A stretch of DNA of 64,000 nucleotides. Origin: Mobula hypostoma. Lineage: Eukaryota. Shown in pieces: positions 36,692 to 50,424 of the stretch (position 1 is the first letter of the stretch; each line of letters begins with the position of its first letter). Under the pieces are notes generated by a model. That model was given only the letters and a program-made list of their open reading frames with translations, searched no databases and was not told the DNA's origin. Position numbers and translations under genes: made by a program. The stretch is from the NCBI RefSeq assembly GCF_963921235.1, contig NC_086097.1, positions 235,416,001 to 235,480,000 on the forward strand. The letters run 5' to 3'.

Positions 36692-37413
36692 AGCAACTGG
36701 AGACACGGAGTGAAATACGGGAAGATGGCGGATGAGAAGAAAAATGACGAATTTATTTGTGTAGGTGGTATTGGTGCTCTTAGGTATTTGAATATATTAA
36801 ATTACTTTATATTCCTCTCCCTCGTGGTCTTTAACATTAGGGAAGAGGAGAACAAAAGGCAAAACCAATAATTTGCAAATGCTGTCTATGTTGCAGATTC
36901 CTTTGGGCTTGTTGAAAGCTGGGAGTTAGGTTGCATTTGAAAACTTTTTTTGTACGCTTTGACCAATTTCCATATATCTCTCACTCATGTCAGCTCCTAT
37001 CATGTTATTAAGTTTGTTTTTATTTCAGCGAATACTCCCGGAGTCCTGTGCCAGCAAAGGTTAAATGTATTACCTGCAGCTATCCTCCCCATGGGATTCA
37101 CCAGACCAATAACTCAATAACTGTCTTGCAGTGTTACTGGTGTGTGGTGGGTTGAGGTGGGATTCAGATAACAAGACTCTTCAAAACTAATTTTTTCCTC
37201 AGCAACATTGCAGTTTTAATACATCTCATGAGATTTATTTTTTATGAATTGTGTGACTGTGAAAATAAGTAATTAGTTCTGTGGAGATGAAGCACTTACT
37301 AGTTCAAGAAATATCAATCCACAAGCAATCCCAGATGAGACTCCATCACAGCCTTCCAAACCAGTGTGGAAACATGCCAAGTTTTCAACTGAATTTGGAT
37401 GGACACTCGATAG
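36692..37413 (+). CDS. Three candidate in-phase exons of an unidentified gene (36692-36783, 37029-37059, 37277-37413)
   Basis: AG/GT boundaries in non-repeat DNA with compatible phases; joined frame is open (MADEKKNDEFICVGGIGALSEYSRSPVPAKFCGDE..WKHAKFSTEFGWTLD); third acceptor is weak. Confidence 0.3.
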
Positions 37414-37599
37414 GTAAGGTAGAATTTCATTGTATCCAGTCTGGTCTGGGTGGCGTTTACATCAGAAATTGACATGATGGTTTTTCAGAGGATCAGAAGA
37501 AAGCATAATGTTTGTTCCTCACTTTTGTGAGATTAACTCATCAACATAGCTTTGAGTGCAGACTTGGAGAGATGAAGGAAACATATTTAAGTTGGGGAC

Positions 37600-38224
37600 A
37601 CGTAATGCGCTGTAAGAATTCACTGCTAATGTAATGGCTTCTTTGTAATGTTTCACTGCTAAGGCTAATGTAATAGCATCTCTGTAATGTTCACTGCTGA
37701 GGTAACAGTTTCTCTGTAGCAGCAATGTTTGGGTTATGGCTGGAGATAACAGGAGAATGTATGCACGTTAGCCAATCAGAGATAGTTGCTCTGTCTTGTG
37801 AATCTGGAAGGATGGATTTTTGTGGTCTTTTGTCGAGGAGAGATGAAGAGGGAAGATGCAAGCTGAGAGAGCGGGTAGACCACTGGACAGAGTGGACTGG
37901 GATCTGAGGGTCCGAACGTCAGCAACGCTCGGAGGAGGCCGATGGTGGAAGAATGACGACTGAGTGAGCTCCAACGTGAACTTTTGATGTTTCCTTGAAT
38001 TGGGCCCTTTTTAAAATTTTCATTACTAACCCTATATTCAGCTTGAAATTCATAAACTTCAATTATTTAATTTCATATGGTGTCCACTCAGATATTTTGC
38101 ATTGTGAGTTTGTAACTGGGTGGTACATTACTCAGCATACACACAAACGTGACTACCCAGTCTGCTGTGGCCAAAGGCTGTTTCCCCCTAGGCGAACACG
38201 AGCTGGGCAAGCCTGAGGGTTACA
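37600..38224 (+). mobile_element. Solo LTR
   Basis: Repeated TGTAATGTTTCACTGCT head; ends GGGTTACA; related to the element at 31.7-36.2 kb. Confidence 0.6.
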
Positions 38225-39349
38225 CACAAAATTATTGTCATAACATAGTAAAACAATTCTAAACAAACTTACAGAACTTCCTTGACCAATGCTATGACAG
38301 ATGCATAAAATTAATATTATTGTCTCTCACGCATGTACATAAAAAGTTTTTGTGATGCTGAAGTTACTCATTGAGCAAAAATTCTATAGACATCACTCAA
38401 TTTACAGAACTTGCGTCCTTGTAGCCCACTGTCTTGATAAATTCTCTAAGTGGTCATGCTCATTTCATCTAAAATCTTTCACCATGATGCAGCTTTCTCA
38501 TCACTTCGATAGAGCATTATATCCTACACACCATAACAAAAGCAAAGGAGATCAAACAACTTGTGCATTACATAATAAAATCAGAAAATGTTGTCCATGA
38601 CACTACATCTTCAATTCTTTTTTTTTCCAAATGTGGTTCCTGTACTGTTGAAGCCTATCTCTTTGGGGGATGTGTTTATGGGCAAATTGAGCAATCTGGC
38701 ACGTTGCTGACACCACGGGGGTTATGCAAAACTTTGTGCAAGTGTACAGCCTGGAGATGGGGTGTGAGCCCATGATCGACTCCATTCCTCAACAATCTTG
38801 CCAAAGAAAGTAGTGAGAAAGGTTGAAATCATCGAGGCACGAGCAGAAGGCGAGCAGATGTTCAGTGCCGTCTACCAGCCTCTCACTCTCTGTTGCCAGA
38901 GGAAGGTCCCTGCGTTTGAATGCTCCCTCTCTCCCTCTCGCTTGATGCTGCTGGAGGATGGTAGTGGAGTCCTGTGTCTTGGGCAAGGATTATTCCAGTG
39001 GCACAATCAGATGTGGGAACAGTGCACAGTGAGGAGGTTTCTTGTAGGTTGGTGGCACCTGAGAGCTTTGTGGGAGTTTGGTGCATTCCAGAGGCCAAAT
39101 TAGTGGCAGGAGCAATGGTCAGTGAGGAGGCATCTCTCAGGTCAGCGGGAGCAGCACAGAGAGGGGTGATTAAAAGTACCGAATGGACAAGCCATTGTTG
39201 GGAGTGCACCAATGGTGAGAATGGGAGTGCAGGCTTTGGCTCAAAGGAGGCTTCAACTCAGAAGAGGCTTTGCTCTGGCTTTGGGTAAGTTGTCCAGGTA
39301 GGTTGCTCCTAAGTTTCCCTTTTATTTTCTTAATGTGTTAAGGGTACTT

Positions 39350-41447
39350 AGTGTAGTTTGCAGATGATATAAACATTGGTGGAGGAGCAGGTAGTGTTGA
39401 CGAAGAAGGAAAGCTGCAGAAGGACTTCAACAGATTAGGAGAGTGGGCAAATGAAATACAATGCTGGAACATGCATGGTCATGCATTTTGGTAGAAGAAA
39501 TAAATGTGCAGGCTATTTTCTAAATGGGGAAAAAAATCAAAAAATCCGGGACTTCGGAGTCCTTGTGCAGAACACCCTAAAGGTTAACTTGCAGGGTGAG
39601 TCAGTGTTGAGGAAGGCAAATGCAATGTTAGCATTCATTTGAAGAGGTGTAGGATACAAAATTTCCCCTGGGATCAATAAAGAATGACTATGACTATGAC
39701 TATGACTAAAAGCAGGGATGTGATGCTGAGGCTTTATAATACAATAGTGAGGCCTCACCTTGGGTATTGTGAACAGTTTTGGTCTCTTTATCTAAGAGAA
39801 GATAAGATACCCTATGCAAGGCTTTTTGAGAAAGTAAAGAGGCATGGGATCCATGGGAATCTTGCTTTGTGGATCCAGAATTAGTTTGCCTACAAAAGGC
39901 AAAGAGTGTTTGTAGACAGGTCATATTCTGCATGGAGGTCAGTGACCAGTGGTGTGCCTCAGGGATCTGTTCTGGGGCCCCTTCTCTTTGCGATTTTTAT
40001 AAATGACCTGGATGAGGAAGTGGAGGGATGGGTTAGTGAATTTGCAGATGACACAAAGTGTGGAGGGCTGTCAGAGGTTACAGCAGGGTATTGATAGGAT
40101 GCAAAACTGGGCTGAGAATTGGCTGATGGAGTTCAACCCAGCTAAGTCTGAGGGTGCTTTATTTTGGTAGGTCAAATATGATGGCAGAATATAGTATTAA
40201 TGGTAAGACTATTGGCAGTGTGGAGGATCAGAGGGATCTTGGGGTCTGAGTCCATGGGCACTGAAATTTGCTGCGCAGGTTGACTCTGTGGTTAAGAAGG
40301 TGCATTGGCCTTCATAATTCGTGGTATTGAGTTTAAAAGCTGAGAGGTAATGTTACAGCTATATAGGATCCTGGTCAGACCCCACTTGGAGTACTGTGCA
40401 AAGTTCTGGTCACTTCACTACAGGAAGGATGTGGAAACTATAGTAGGGTGCAGAGGAGATTTACAAGGATGTTGCCTGTATTGGGGAGCATGCCTTATGA
40501 GAACAGGTTGAATGAACTTGGCCTTTTCTCCATGGAGTGACGGAGAATGAGAGATGACCTGATAGAGGTGTATAATATGATGAAAGGCATTGATCGTGTA
40601 GATAGTCAGAGGCTTTTTCCCAGGGCTGAAATAACTAACACGAGAGGACACAGTTTTAAGGTGCTCGGAAGTAGGTACAGAGGAGATGTCAGGGATAAGT
40701 TTTTTTCACGCAGAGAGTAGTGAGTGCGTGAAATGAGCTGCCAGCGATGGTGGTGGAGGCAGATACGATAGGGTCTTTTAAGAAACTCCTGGATAGGTAC
40801 ATGGAGCTTAGAAAAATAGAAGGCTATGGGTAACCCTAGGTAATTTCTAAAGTAAGTACATGTTCGGCACAGCATTGTGGGCCAAAGGGCCTGTATTGTG
40901 CTGTCGGTTTTCTATGTTTCTACGTTTTTTTTCTAAGGTGTGCTGGCATTGGAGAGGGTTCAAAGCAGGTTCAGAAGGATGATTCTGGGAATGAAAGGGT
41001 TATCATATGAGGAACATCCAATGGTTCCTGGGCCTGTACTCACTGAAATTTAGGATGAGGGGATCTCATTAAAACCTTTCGAATGTTGAATGGCTTAGAC
41101 AGAATAAATGTGGAAAGGATTTTTCCATTGGTGGGGGAGTCTAGGACAAGAGGGCACAGCCTCAGGATTGAGAGGTATCCATTTAAAACAGAGATGCAGG
41201 GTAATTTTTTTCAGCTAGAGGTTGGTGAATTTGTGGAATTTATTTCCACAGAGAGCTGTGGAGGCCAGATTGTTGGGTGTATTTAAGGCAGAGATTGAAA
41301 GTTTCTTGATTTGCCACGGTATCAAAGGTTTCAGGGAGAAAGCCAGAGGGTGGGGCTGAGGAGAAGGTAAAAGAGGATTGAATGCCGGCGCAGACTTGAT
41401 GGACCAAATATCCTAATTCTACTCCTATTTCTTAAGATCTTATGGTC
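39350..41447 (+). mobile_element. CR1 3' fragment with a second CR1 (~39805-40925) nested inside
   Basis: Two sets of FADD/RPHLEYC motifs; the inner copy ends in TTCTATGTTTCTA and is similar to 13871-14801. Confidence 0.9.
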
Positions 41448-42988
41448 TCAGTACTCTGAGACCTCGTCCTTAATAATCGACTTCAACATCTTCCCAACTA
41501 CTGTGGTCAGACTAACTAATCTATAGTTTCCTTTCTTCTGCCTCTCTCTCTTCTTGAAGATTGGAGTGACATTTTCATTTTTCCGGTCTTCCTGAACTAT
41601 TCCGGAATCTAGTGATTCTTGAAAGATCATTACAAAAGCCTCTACAATCTCTTCAGTCACTCCTTTCAGAACTCTGGGGTGTACACCATCTCGTCCAGGT
41701 GACTTATCTACCATCAGATCTTACAGTTTCCAAGATCCTTCTCTCTAGTTATGGTAATTTCACACATTTCATGACCTTTGACACCTGGAATTTCCACTAT
41801 ACTGTTAGTGCCTTGCACAGTGAAAACTGATACAAGGTACTTAGTCAGTTCATCTGCCATTTTGTTGACCCATTATTACCTCTCCAGCATCATTTTCCTG
41901 TGTTCAAATATCCACTCTTACCATTCTTTTACACTTTATGTATTTGAAGAAACCATTGGTAACCTCTTTAATATTATTCACTAGCTTACTTTCATATTCC
42001 ATTTTTACGTTCTTAATGGCTTTTTTAGTTACCTCCTGTTGCTATTTGAAAGCTTTCCGATCCTCTAACTTCCCACTAATCTTTGCTGTATTGTATCCCC
42101 CCTCTTTGGCTTTTATGTTGGCTTTGTCTTGTTTTGTTAGCCACAGTTGTGTCATCTTTCCTTTAGAATGCTTCTTCCTTTGGGATGTATATATCCTCTG
42201 CCTTCCAATTTGCTTCCAGAAATTCCAGCCATTGCTGCTCTGCCGTCATCCCTGTCATTGTTTTCCAACCAATTCTGGCCAATTCCTCTCTCATGCCTCT
42301 GTAATTCCCTTTACTGCACTGTAATACTGATACATCTGACTTCAGCTACTCCTTCTCAAATTTCAGGGTGAATTTGATCATATTATAACCTTTTTCCCCT
42401 AAGGGTTCTTTTACCTCCCTAATCAATTATGGTTCATTGCACAACACCCAATCCAGAATAGCTAATCTGCTAGCGGGATCTAGCACAAGCTGCTCTAAAA
42501 AGACATCTAATAGGCACCTCTCCTTGCTAAGAGTGTCACTATACATTGCCCCTGATTGTAAACCAACTAACTGTTCCTCAGCACTGTCACTGCAATTCCT
42601 ATCCGCCTGCCAAGTTAGTTTAAGCGTACCCGAATAACTCTATCCAACCGGTCTGCAAGGATCTTGGACCCCTTCCATTCAGGTGTAGCCTGTCCCTTTT
42701 GTACGGCTCTTACCTTCCTCTGAAGAGATTCAAATGATCCATAAGTCTGAACTCCTGCCCCCTGTACTAGTTCCTCTGTGACGTATTCACCTGCTAAATT
42801 ATTCTATTCTTACCCTCACTGGAACCTGGCGCAGGCAGCAATCCGGGGATTAATACCCTAGAGGTTCTGTTTCTCAGCTTTCTAGCTAGCTTGCTAAAAT
42901 CTCTCTTCAGGACTTCCTCACCTTGTCCACCCTGTCTACCTATGTTATTGGTGCCAATATGCAGAAAGTCTTCTGACTGCTCACCGTC

Positions 42989-43326
42989 AGAAGAGAGATG
43001 ATGAGAATTAATCCAAGGGAATTGGGGGTGCAGGAATTCACATTAAAAAGGTTGCTGGGCATGGGTGAGAGAGCACAGGTCAGGGCATTTTTAGCTTTCT
43101 TAAGCGGTACAGGGGTTTTTTATAGGACATGACAGATAAGCAGGAATAGGGAACTAGGATGGCCAAAGATGGGAGGATAAAGTGTAGGTTAGGGTATGTG
43201 TGTGTGTGTGAGATTGGGTGAAGGGATTTAGAATGTAAGTCTATTGCACACTCTGGAGCAGAAGGTGGCGGTAATGCACCATTAAGCTGGGTGCCAACCA
43301 CTGTAAAACAAGACGGAGAAGAAGAA
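42989..43326 (+). mobile_element. Nimb/I-type LINE 3' tail
   Basis: (GAA)n tail; 14-bp TSD GACTGCTCACCGTC at 42975-42988 and 43327-43340. Confidence 0.8.
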
Positions 43327-44047
43327 GACTGCTCACCGTCGCCCTTGAAGATGCAATGGATACAATCTGAGACATCCCTGATCCTGGCACCAGGGAGGCA
43401 ACATACCATCCAGATGTCTCTGTCGCGCCCACAGAACTTCATCAGCACCAATCTGGTTTTCCCAATCTACCTGCATTTTGAAGACTCCCATGACTATTAC
43501 ATCATTGCCCTTTTGGCATGCATTTTCTATCTCCCATTGTAATTTCTAGGCCACATCTTTAGTACTGTTTGGGGGTCTGTAAATAACTCCCATCAGGGTC
43601 TTCTTACGGTTGCAGTTCCTTAGCTCTATCCACAATGATTCAACAACTTCTGACCCTATGTCACCTCCTTCTAATGATTTGATTTCATTTTTTTACCAAC
43701 ACAGCAATACCACCCCCTCTGCCTTCCTGCCTATCTCTTTGATATAATGTCTATCCTTGGACATTGTGCTCCCAGCTATAATATTTCAGCCATGATTCAG
43801 TGATGTCTAAAACAACATCCCTGCCAATCTGTAACTGTGCTGCAAATTCACCTACCTTATTAAGTATACTGCGCAGATTCAGATACAAGCCCTTCAGTCC
43901 TGTATTCACCCATTTTGATTTTGTCTGCCTTTTTCATTGTAACTCATCCTGTTGACTGAAATATCGTCTATCATCAGCCTTTCCTCATTACACATTGCCT
44001 CTTTTTGTAAACCAGCTAAATCATCTTCAGCACTGTTATCAGCCTTT

Positions 44048-44930
44048 CCTAGACATAGACATACTTTATTGATCCTGAGGGAAATTGAGTTTCGTTACAG
44101 CTGCACCAACCAAGAATAGAGCATAAATATAGAAATACAAAAACCACAAACAATCAAACAACAATATGCGAACTATGCCAGATGGAAATAAGTCCAGGAC
44201 CAGCCTATTGGCTCAGGGTGTCTGACCCTCCACGGGAGGAGCTGCAAAGTTCGACGGCCACAGGCAGGAACAACCTCCCATGACGCCCATTGTTGTATCT
44301 CGGTGGAATATGGCCGGAGTCCAACAGCAAAAAGTTCAATATCCGGGCTACAAACACGTTCCTCGATTGTAATATGACCAGGATTGCACCATCCGTTGTT
44401 AACCAGAACAGTAAGCCCCCAACTCCTTTACGCTTTCCGCTCTCAGTGCACTTCTGGTCAGCCCGAATGGTCTGGAAGCCATCCATGGAAAAGTTTTGGT
44501 CGGGTATGTCCACGTGCATTCCAAGTAGAGAACTCCTCTTCTCCATAAGTCTCTGTTGTCTCGACCCAGTCCTCTTTCCTTGCCTTTTTGATCCTCCTCT
44601 GCATTCTCTGTGTATTTTCCTCCAGATTTCAGCCGGGGTGTCCGCCGCTCTGTTCACTAAACTGGCTGGCATAAACGCAATCAGCTGGTCCCTGGAATAA
44701 ACAATGCCACCACACTGCTGCCTTGCTAATGAGATGTGTCCGAATGTAACTATTTCCAGCGCTAAAAACCCAAATAAAAACTCTCCACCAGCATGCTAGA
44801 GAGGGTGCAGCTTCAACGTGTTACCGTGAAAAAAATTCAACAAATAACATAAGTTAAAGTAAGAATTAAAAAGAAAACTAGTCAGAATGGCTGTAACAGG
44901 CTGCATGCACGACCGGTGCCTGTGCACTAA
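44048..44930 (-). mobile_element. Internally deleted Rex1-like LINE (5' UTR and endonuclease start joined to the 3' tail)
   Basis: GFQTIRAD..GKRKG endonuclease piece joined directly to RLFLPVAVEL and a tail AATAAAGTATGTCTATGTCT. Confidence 0.7.
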
Positions 44931-46189
44931 CCTACAGCATTTCTTGCAGTGAAATACAATATATGCAGCTCAGGACACTATCGCACCATGCTCTGGCACT
45001 CTGCTTCCCATCCCCTTGCAACTCTAGTTTAAGCCCCACCGTACAGCATTAACAAAACTTCCTACTAGGATATTCGTTCCCCTCCAGTTCAGGTGCAAAC
45101 CGACCCTCTGTACAGGTCCCACCTTCCCTGGAAGGGAGCCCGATGATCCAAAAATATTATGCCCTCCCTTCTACACCAACTCCCAAACCACATATTAAAC
45201 CATATAATCTTCTTAGTTCTAGCCTCCCTAGCATGTGGCATGGATAGCAATCTTGAGATCACAACCCTGGAGGTCCTCCCTGAACTCACTATGCAGAACC
45301 TCATCACTAGTCCTCCCCATGTCATTGGTACCTACATGAACCACAACTTCCTGATATTCACCCTCCCACTTAAGAACGCTGAGGACTCGATCTGAGATAT
45401 CCTGAACTCTGGCACCTGGGAGGCAACATACTGTGGGCTGGAATCTCGTTCTCGCCCACAGAACCTTCTGTCTGTTCCCTTAATTAATGAATCCCCCATC
45501 ACCACTGTGTGTGTCTCTTCTCCCCCTTTCCTTTCTGAGTCTCAGAGGCAGACTCAGTGTAACTCTCTTCCGTAAGGTCATGCCCCCCAACAGTATCCAT
45601 AGTAATATATCTGTTGTTGAAGGGAACGGCCACGGAGTACTCCGCACTGGCTGCTTAGTTCCTTTCCCCTTCCTGACTGTCACCCAGGTTCCTGTATCCT
45701 GCACCTCAGGTGTAACTTTCTCTCTATGTGACTGATCACCCCTTCAGCCTCCCGAATGATCCAGAGTTCATCCAGTTCCAGCTCCAGTTCCTTAATGCGG
45801 TTTGTTAGAAACTGCAGCTGGATGCGCTTCTCACAACTGTAGTCATCAGAGACACTGGAGGTCTCCCTGCCTTCTCACTTCCCACATCTGCTTGTTGCTG
45901 CCATTGAGAAGGATGTATAGAAGCCTTAGATCCCACGCCTACAGGTTCAGGAATTAATATTACCCCTCAACCATCAGGCACCTGAACCAGTGTGGATAAC
46001 TTCACTCACCTGAACACTGAACTGGATCCAAAACCTATTGATTCACTTTCAAGGACTCTACTACGAATGTTCTCTGTATTCTTTATTTATTTACTTTATA
46101 CTAGTTGCTTCAGGCAGATGGGCTCATCAGCCGTGATTGGCAGCTCATCCAGGGGAAGGAAAGCTCTGATCTCAAACCTCCACTGCTTT

Positions 46190-46670
46190 GCAACCCATAC
46201 AATCTGCTGGAGGAACTCTACAGGTCAGACAGCATCAATGGAAAAGAGAAAACAATTGAACCTTTGGGCCAAGACCCTTCTTCAGGACTGGTAGGGAAGG
46301 GGGTAGGTGCCAGAATTAAAAAGGTGGGGGGGAGGGAGGTGAAAAATGCAAGCTGTTAGGTGATTGGTGAAGCCAGGTGGATGGGAAAGGTCAAGGTCTG
46401 GAGAAGAAAGAATCTGATAGGAGAGGAATGTGGGCAATAGGAGAACGGGAATGAGGAGAGGACTCAGTGAGAAGTAATAGGCTAGTGAGAGGAGGTGAAT
46501 GATCAGAGTGGGAAATAGAGGAGTGGGGGGAAACTTGTCTGCTGGAAAGATAAATCGATATTCATGCCATTTGGTTGGAGCGTACCCAGACTGAAATGTT
46601 ATTCCTCCACCCTGGGGGTGGCTCATCTTGGCACAAGAGGAGGCCATGGATCAACATGTTGGAATGGGAA
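46190..46670 (-). mobile_element. Penelope-like pseudo-LTR fragment
   Basis: Same layout as 5836-6360 and 14923-15480. Confidence 0.75.
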
Positions 46671-47592
46671 TTAACTAATTTCATAATATTCATAAGCAAT
46701 TATTTGTTTGACCATGGATCAGTATTTGGTAGACTCATCATCTAGAATGTTTGTCTTAGAGGTTTATGAGTGTTCTGTGCATGTGTCCCCGATAATTTAA
46801 GATTATGATTAGCTTTATTGGTCACTTCTGTATCAAAACATACAAACATACAGAGAAATGTGTTGTTTCTGTCAACAACCAATGCAGTCTGAGGAATGAA
46901 TAAGTTATGTACAGAATGCATTTAAAATTTCAGTGTATTACTGCATCAAGAGAACAGTGCTTGGTGACAAAAGGAGTTCCTCATATTTATCAATTGAGAA
47001 AACCCAAGCATAACTAAACATAAAGGATCGACGGTATTTTGTTTGTGCTGGGCAAAGGTATTATATTTATTGCCTTCTACCATATCAGTGCCCAGATTTT
47101 GATGTATTAGGAAAATTTAAATGCTTGTTATCCTTTGGGCTTCTGTCTTGCGATTGATCTGGCTGTTCATCAAAGGAACAGATCTGACCAAATGAAATAA
47201 GAATGACAAGTTCAGATCAAAACCAAATTTGTTAATGCATTAACATATTCAAGCATACTACTATCAGATTTTCTGCTTAGAAACCCATTAATTAATCATT
47301 GAATTGTTAATATTGGTTGTACATTTTTTTTTATTACAACAAACTGCCAGTATTTATCTTCTTGAAAGATATTCTGAAAATGTACCAAGAATAGTATTAC
47401 GTTTGTTGTAAGAAGAGATTTCTGTTTATCCTTCGGCTCATTCTGGGAATGCTTTGACATCAAGAAAATCACAATAACAACTTCATTGTGATTTCCCAGA
47501 CAACGCATTAAAAATACTGGAAGAACTTAGCAGGTCAGGCAGCATCTATGAACCAAGACCCAAAACGTTGACTGTTTATTCCTCTCCATAGT

Positions 47593-49882
47593 TGTCACGG
47601 TGAGCGCCGGCAACAGCTGAACCCGTGTGTGGAGGAACAGCAGACTCCCACATAGAGACAGAAACAAGAGGTTATACATAGGAATTCCAACAGGAAGTTA
47701 GTGGCAGGAGCGAACAACACTGCGAGACAAATCATACTGAATGCAAGGACCCTGTGATGAGTTCTTCTTCTTCTTCTTCTTTTTTGTTTTATGGCGGTTG
47801 GCAACCAGTTTTTCAGTGCATTACCACCACCTGCTAGACTTGTGGTGTTCCAACCAAATATGTCCTGGAGTTCTCTACTTTAGACAATCTAGTTCAGCCT
47901 GCAGTTCTCTATTAGCATCACTCTGTAGTTGCAAATCCTCGTGAATGCTTAATGCGCTCATTAGATAATGCCACAAACTGCTATTCTTCCCGAATTTTGT
48001 CACATGGTTTCATGTAGTTGCATTACCTCAATTACATTGATTTCATCTACATCACCTGTAAGACTAAAATTGTCTTGTTAAAGAATAGTAATTATCGCAC
48101 GTTATACTTTTAAAATTGCTGTTTTTGCAAGTCTATCTGCTTTTTCAGGTTTTCCTTTTCTTGGATCGTAGCCTGCAGTTGTTTACTGAGACCTCAGACT
48201 TCTTCATTTGCTTCCATGTTTTCATTTTATAATCTGAATGTAGATAATTCACTTTGCAACAAATTCCTTTTCCTTTTGTATCCTTGTAATAATTTCCTCC
48301 ATTTTCCAATCTCCTTTCCAACTCACAATTGTTCTTGACGGTTACTTCTATTTGTTGTTGGAGTTCTGGGCTTCAACCATAAAATCTGAGGATTCTCCTT
48401 AAGTTCTGAAACATATTTCTTAAATTCTTGACCATTTGCATTAAATATACTGCCATTAAGATTCCATCTCCCCAGCCTGTGAATTGTTGGATCCTCCATT
48501 CAGCCTTTCTTTGACTTCTTCCCACCAAATCCCTTTAATACCAAGATAATTTTCTGCAGACTTGACTATAATTTTATTTTTCTCAGTTCTTTTGCTTGTT
48601 TTTGCTGAACAATTGATTGTATCCACCATAAAAAGTACAAAATTCTTTCTCCTCATTAATAGTGTATCCTTATTTTTCATAGTACAGCCCTCACAATTCG
48701 CCAGTTTATTATTCCCTGTATTTGTTTGCTTGACAGCCTTTTTTTCCAGCAAATTCTTTCACTGCCTCTGCATAACTGTTTCCTTGAGTTACTTTTACAT
48801 ATTGTATCTCAGCCGTCTTCTTGCTATAAATGCACCCACGATAAGCTGCGCTGTGTTCCTCGCCACAATTGCAGCATTTCAGCCTAACTCCCGCTTCACA
48901 TTTCCTATATTCATGTTCTCCAGCGCATCTCCCACATCTTTGTTTTCCTCTGCAGACCGCCGCAATGTGCCTGTATTTCTGACATTTATAACATCTTAAA
49001 GGTGGTGGTATATATATTCTAACCGCATAACACATATACCCTAAGTAAACATGAGTTGGCAATCTCTCTTCATCAAAGTTAATCATTACTGATAAACTAT
49101 CACAGTTTTTCCCGTTTCTTGAAACTTTCAAATGTTTGGCCTCAATAATTTTTGCTCCTTTTATGTTCTGTTTAATCTCATCCATAGTAACTTTTGTTCG
49201 TATCCCCAAAATAACTCCTCTAGTCCACTTTCTATTGTTGGGTATTGAGCGTTGTACTTCTTTGCCGTCTGTTTTACTTAATCTTATCACTTTGCCTTGC
49301 TGAGCACTATCCCGACAAATCCCTAATAGCAATCCACTTCATAAAATCTTTGCTCTTTTAATCTCGCCTATAATTTTGTTGAGCATCTTCGTCAAACAAA
49401 TCGGGTTCCAATCACCAAAAGACACCCCGTCTTCGCTTAGTTTTATAATTGCTTTAATCTCATCTTCTTTCCATTGTTTTCCTGTCCTGTTTTGATTATC
49501 CGCTGACTCCTCAGAGTTTGATATTCTGTACCTCTGCTTTCTTTTCTTCCTCTCTCCATTCCCTTCCTTTTTCCTGCCGACCTCCATCTCTAGTTCACTT
49601 CCACCCCCGGCAAAAGCCTTTTTCAACAGCTTGGTTTCTTCCTTGATGTTCTCTCTCTCCGCTATTTTCCAGTCAGCCGTCTCGACCCACTGCTTCCAAC
49701 ACACACTAAATCCCATGATGAGTGCTAATCGTGAGTCCACTTTAAATAATCACAGAATGCAATAATTGTCTTGACAAGATTAAACAGAAAGCCCAAGAGT
49801 TTAATGACTCTTGTTAAGACAACAATCAGTAAATACAGGTGCTCCAGAAACCTAAAAACCCATTGCTCTATAGCTCATGACA
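47593..49882. mobile_element. Solo LTR interrupted by a Nimb element, itself inside a Penelope tail
   Basis: TGTCAC..TGACA termini; the PLE tail sequence resumes at 49883. Confidence 0.6.
47762..49711 (-). mobile_element. Nimb/I-clade LINE with ORF1 and 3' tail; ORF2 largely deleted
   Basis: ORF1 with three zinc knuckles (CYKCQKYRH..C, CGRCAGEH..C, CCNCGEEH..C); (GAA)n tail; TGATGAG duplicated at 47755-47761 and 49716-49722. Confidence 0.85.
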
Positions 49883-50424
49883 ATTGATGCTACTTGACCT
49901 GCTGAGTTCCTCCAACATTTTGTGTGTGTTACTCTGGATTTCCAGCATCTGTGGAATCCTTTGGGTTTGTAATTGCCCTAAATGCATATTAAATTTGAAG
50001 AACATTTTCTGTAATTTCATTTTTTAATTTATGCATATAAGTTGTGCCATTTAAGATAATACTTTGTTCTGGCGCCCCACAGGCCTGAAGAACTCATTAC
50101 ACATTGTGATCCCCAAGCAGAGATATAATTGCAAAATCCATTGGGAGAAGTAGAAGGTGGGGGAGTCAGAACAGAATTTGTAGTTTTCTCCAGAGATAGT
50201 TTCCCACTTCCTCATCACCTGCTGCATTCTGTGCAGTTTGTGATCATGAGGAATCAGCATTTGATCATGACGCAGTGCCAGCGAGACAATGAAATAAACC
50301 TAAGGCAAGCAGTGGGGGGAAAAAAACGGCCAACTTTGCATGTGCTTAATCTCTCCACTGCCAAGAACTCTACTCCACAAAAAATGTTCAAATGAAAAGG
50401 CAATCCAGGTGACATTCTGCTAAA

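Larger units (their letters stand above)
41448..45885 (-). mobile_element. Long decayed CR1, 5' part (ORF1 esterase-like, endonuclease, RT start), with nested insertions
   Basis: KSPGRDGVHPRVLK..GNYRLVSLT; MVCCLPGARIRDVSD; ORF1-type pieces at ~42.5-43.4 kb and ~45.0-45.9 kb. Confidence 0.85.
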
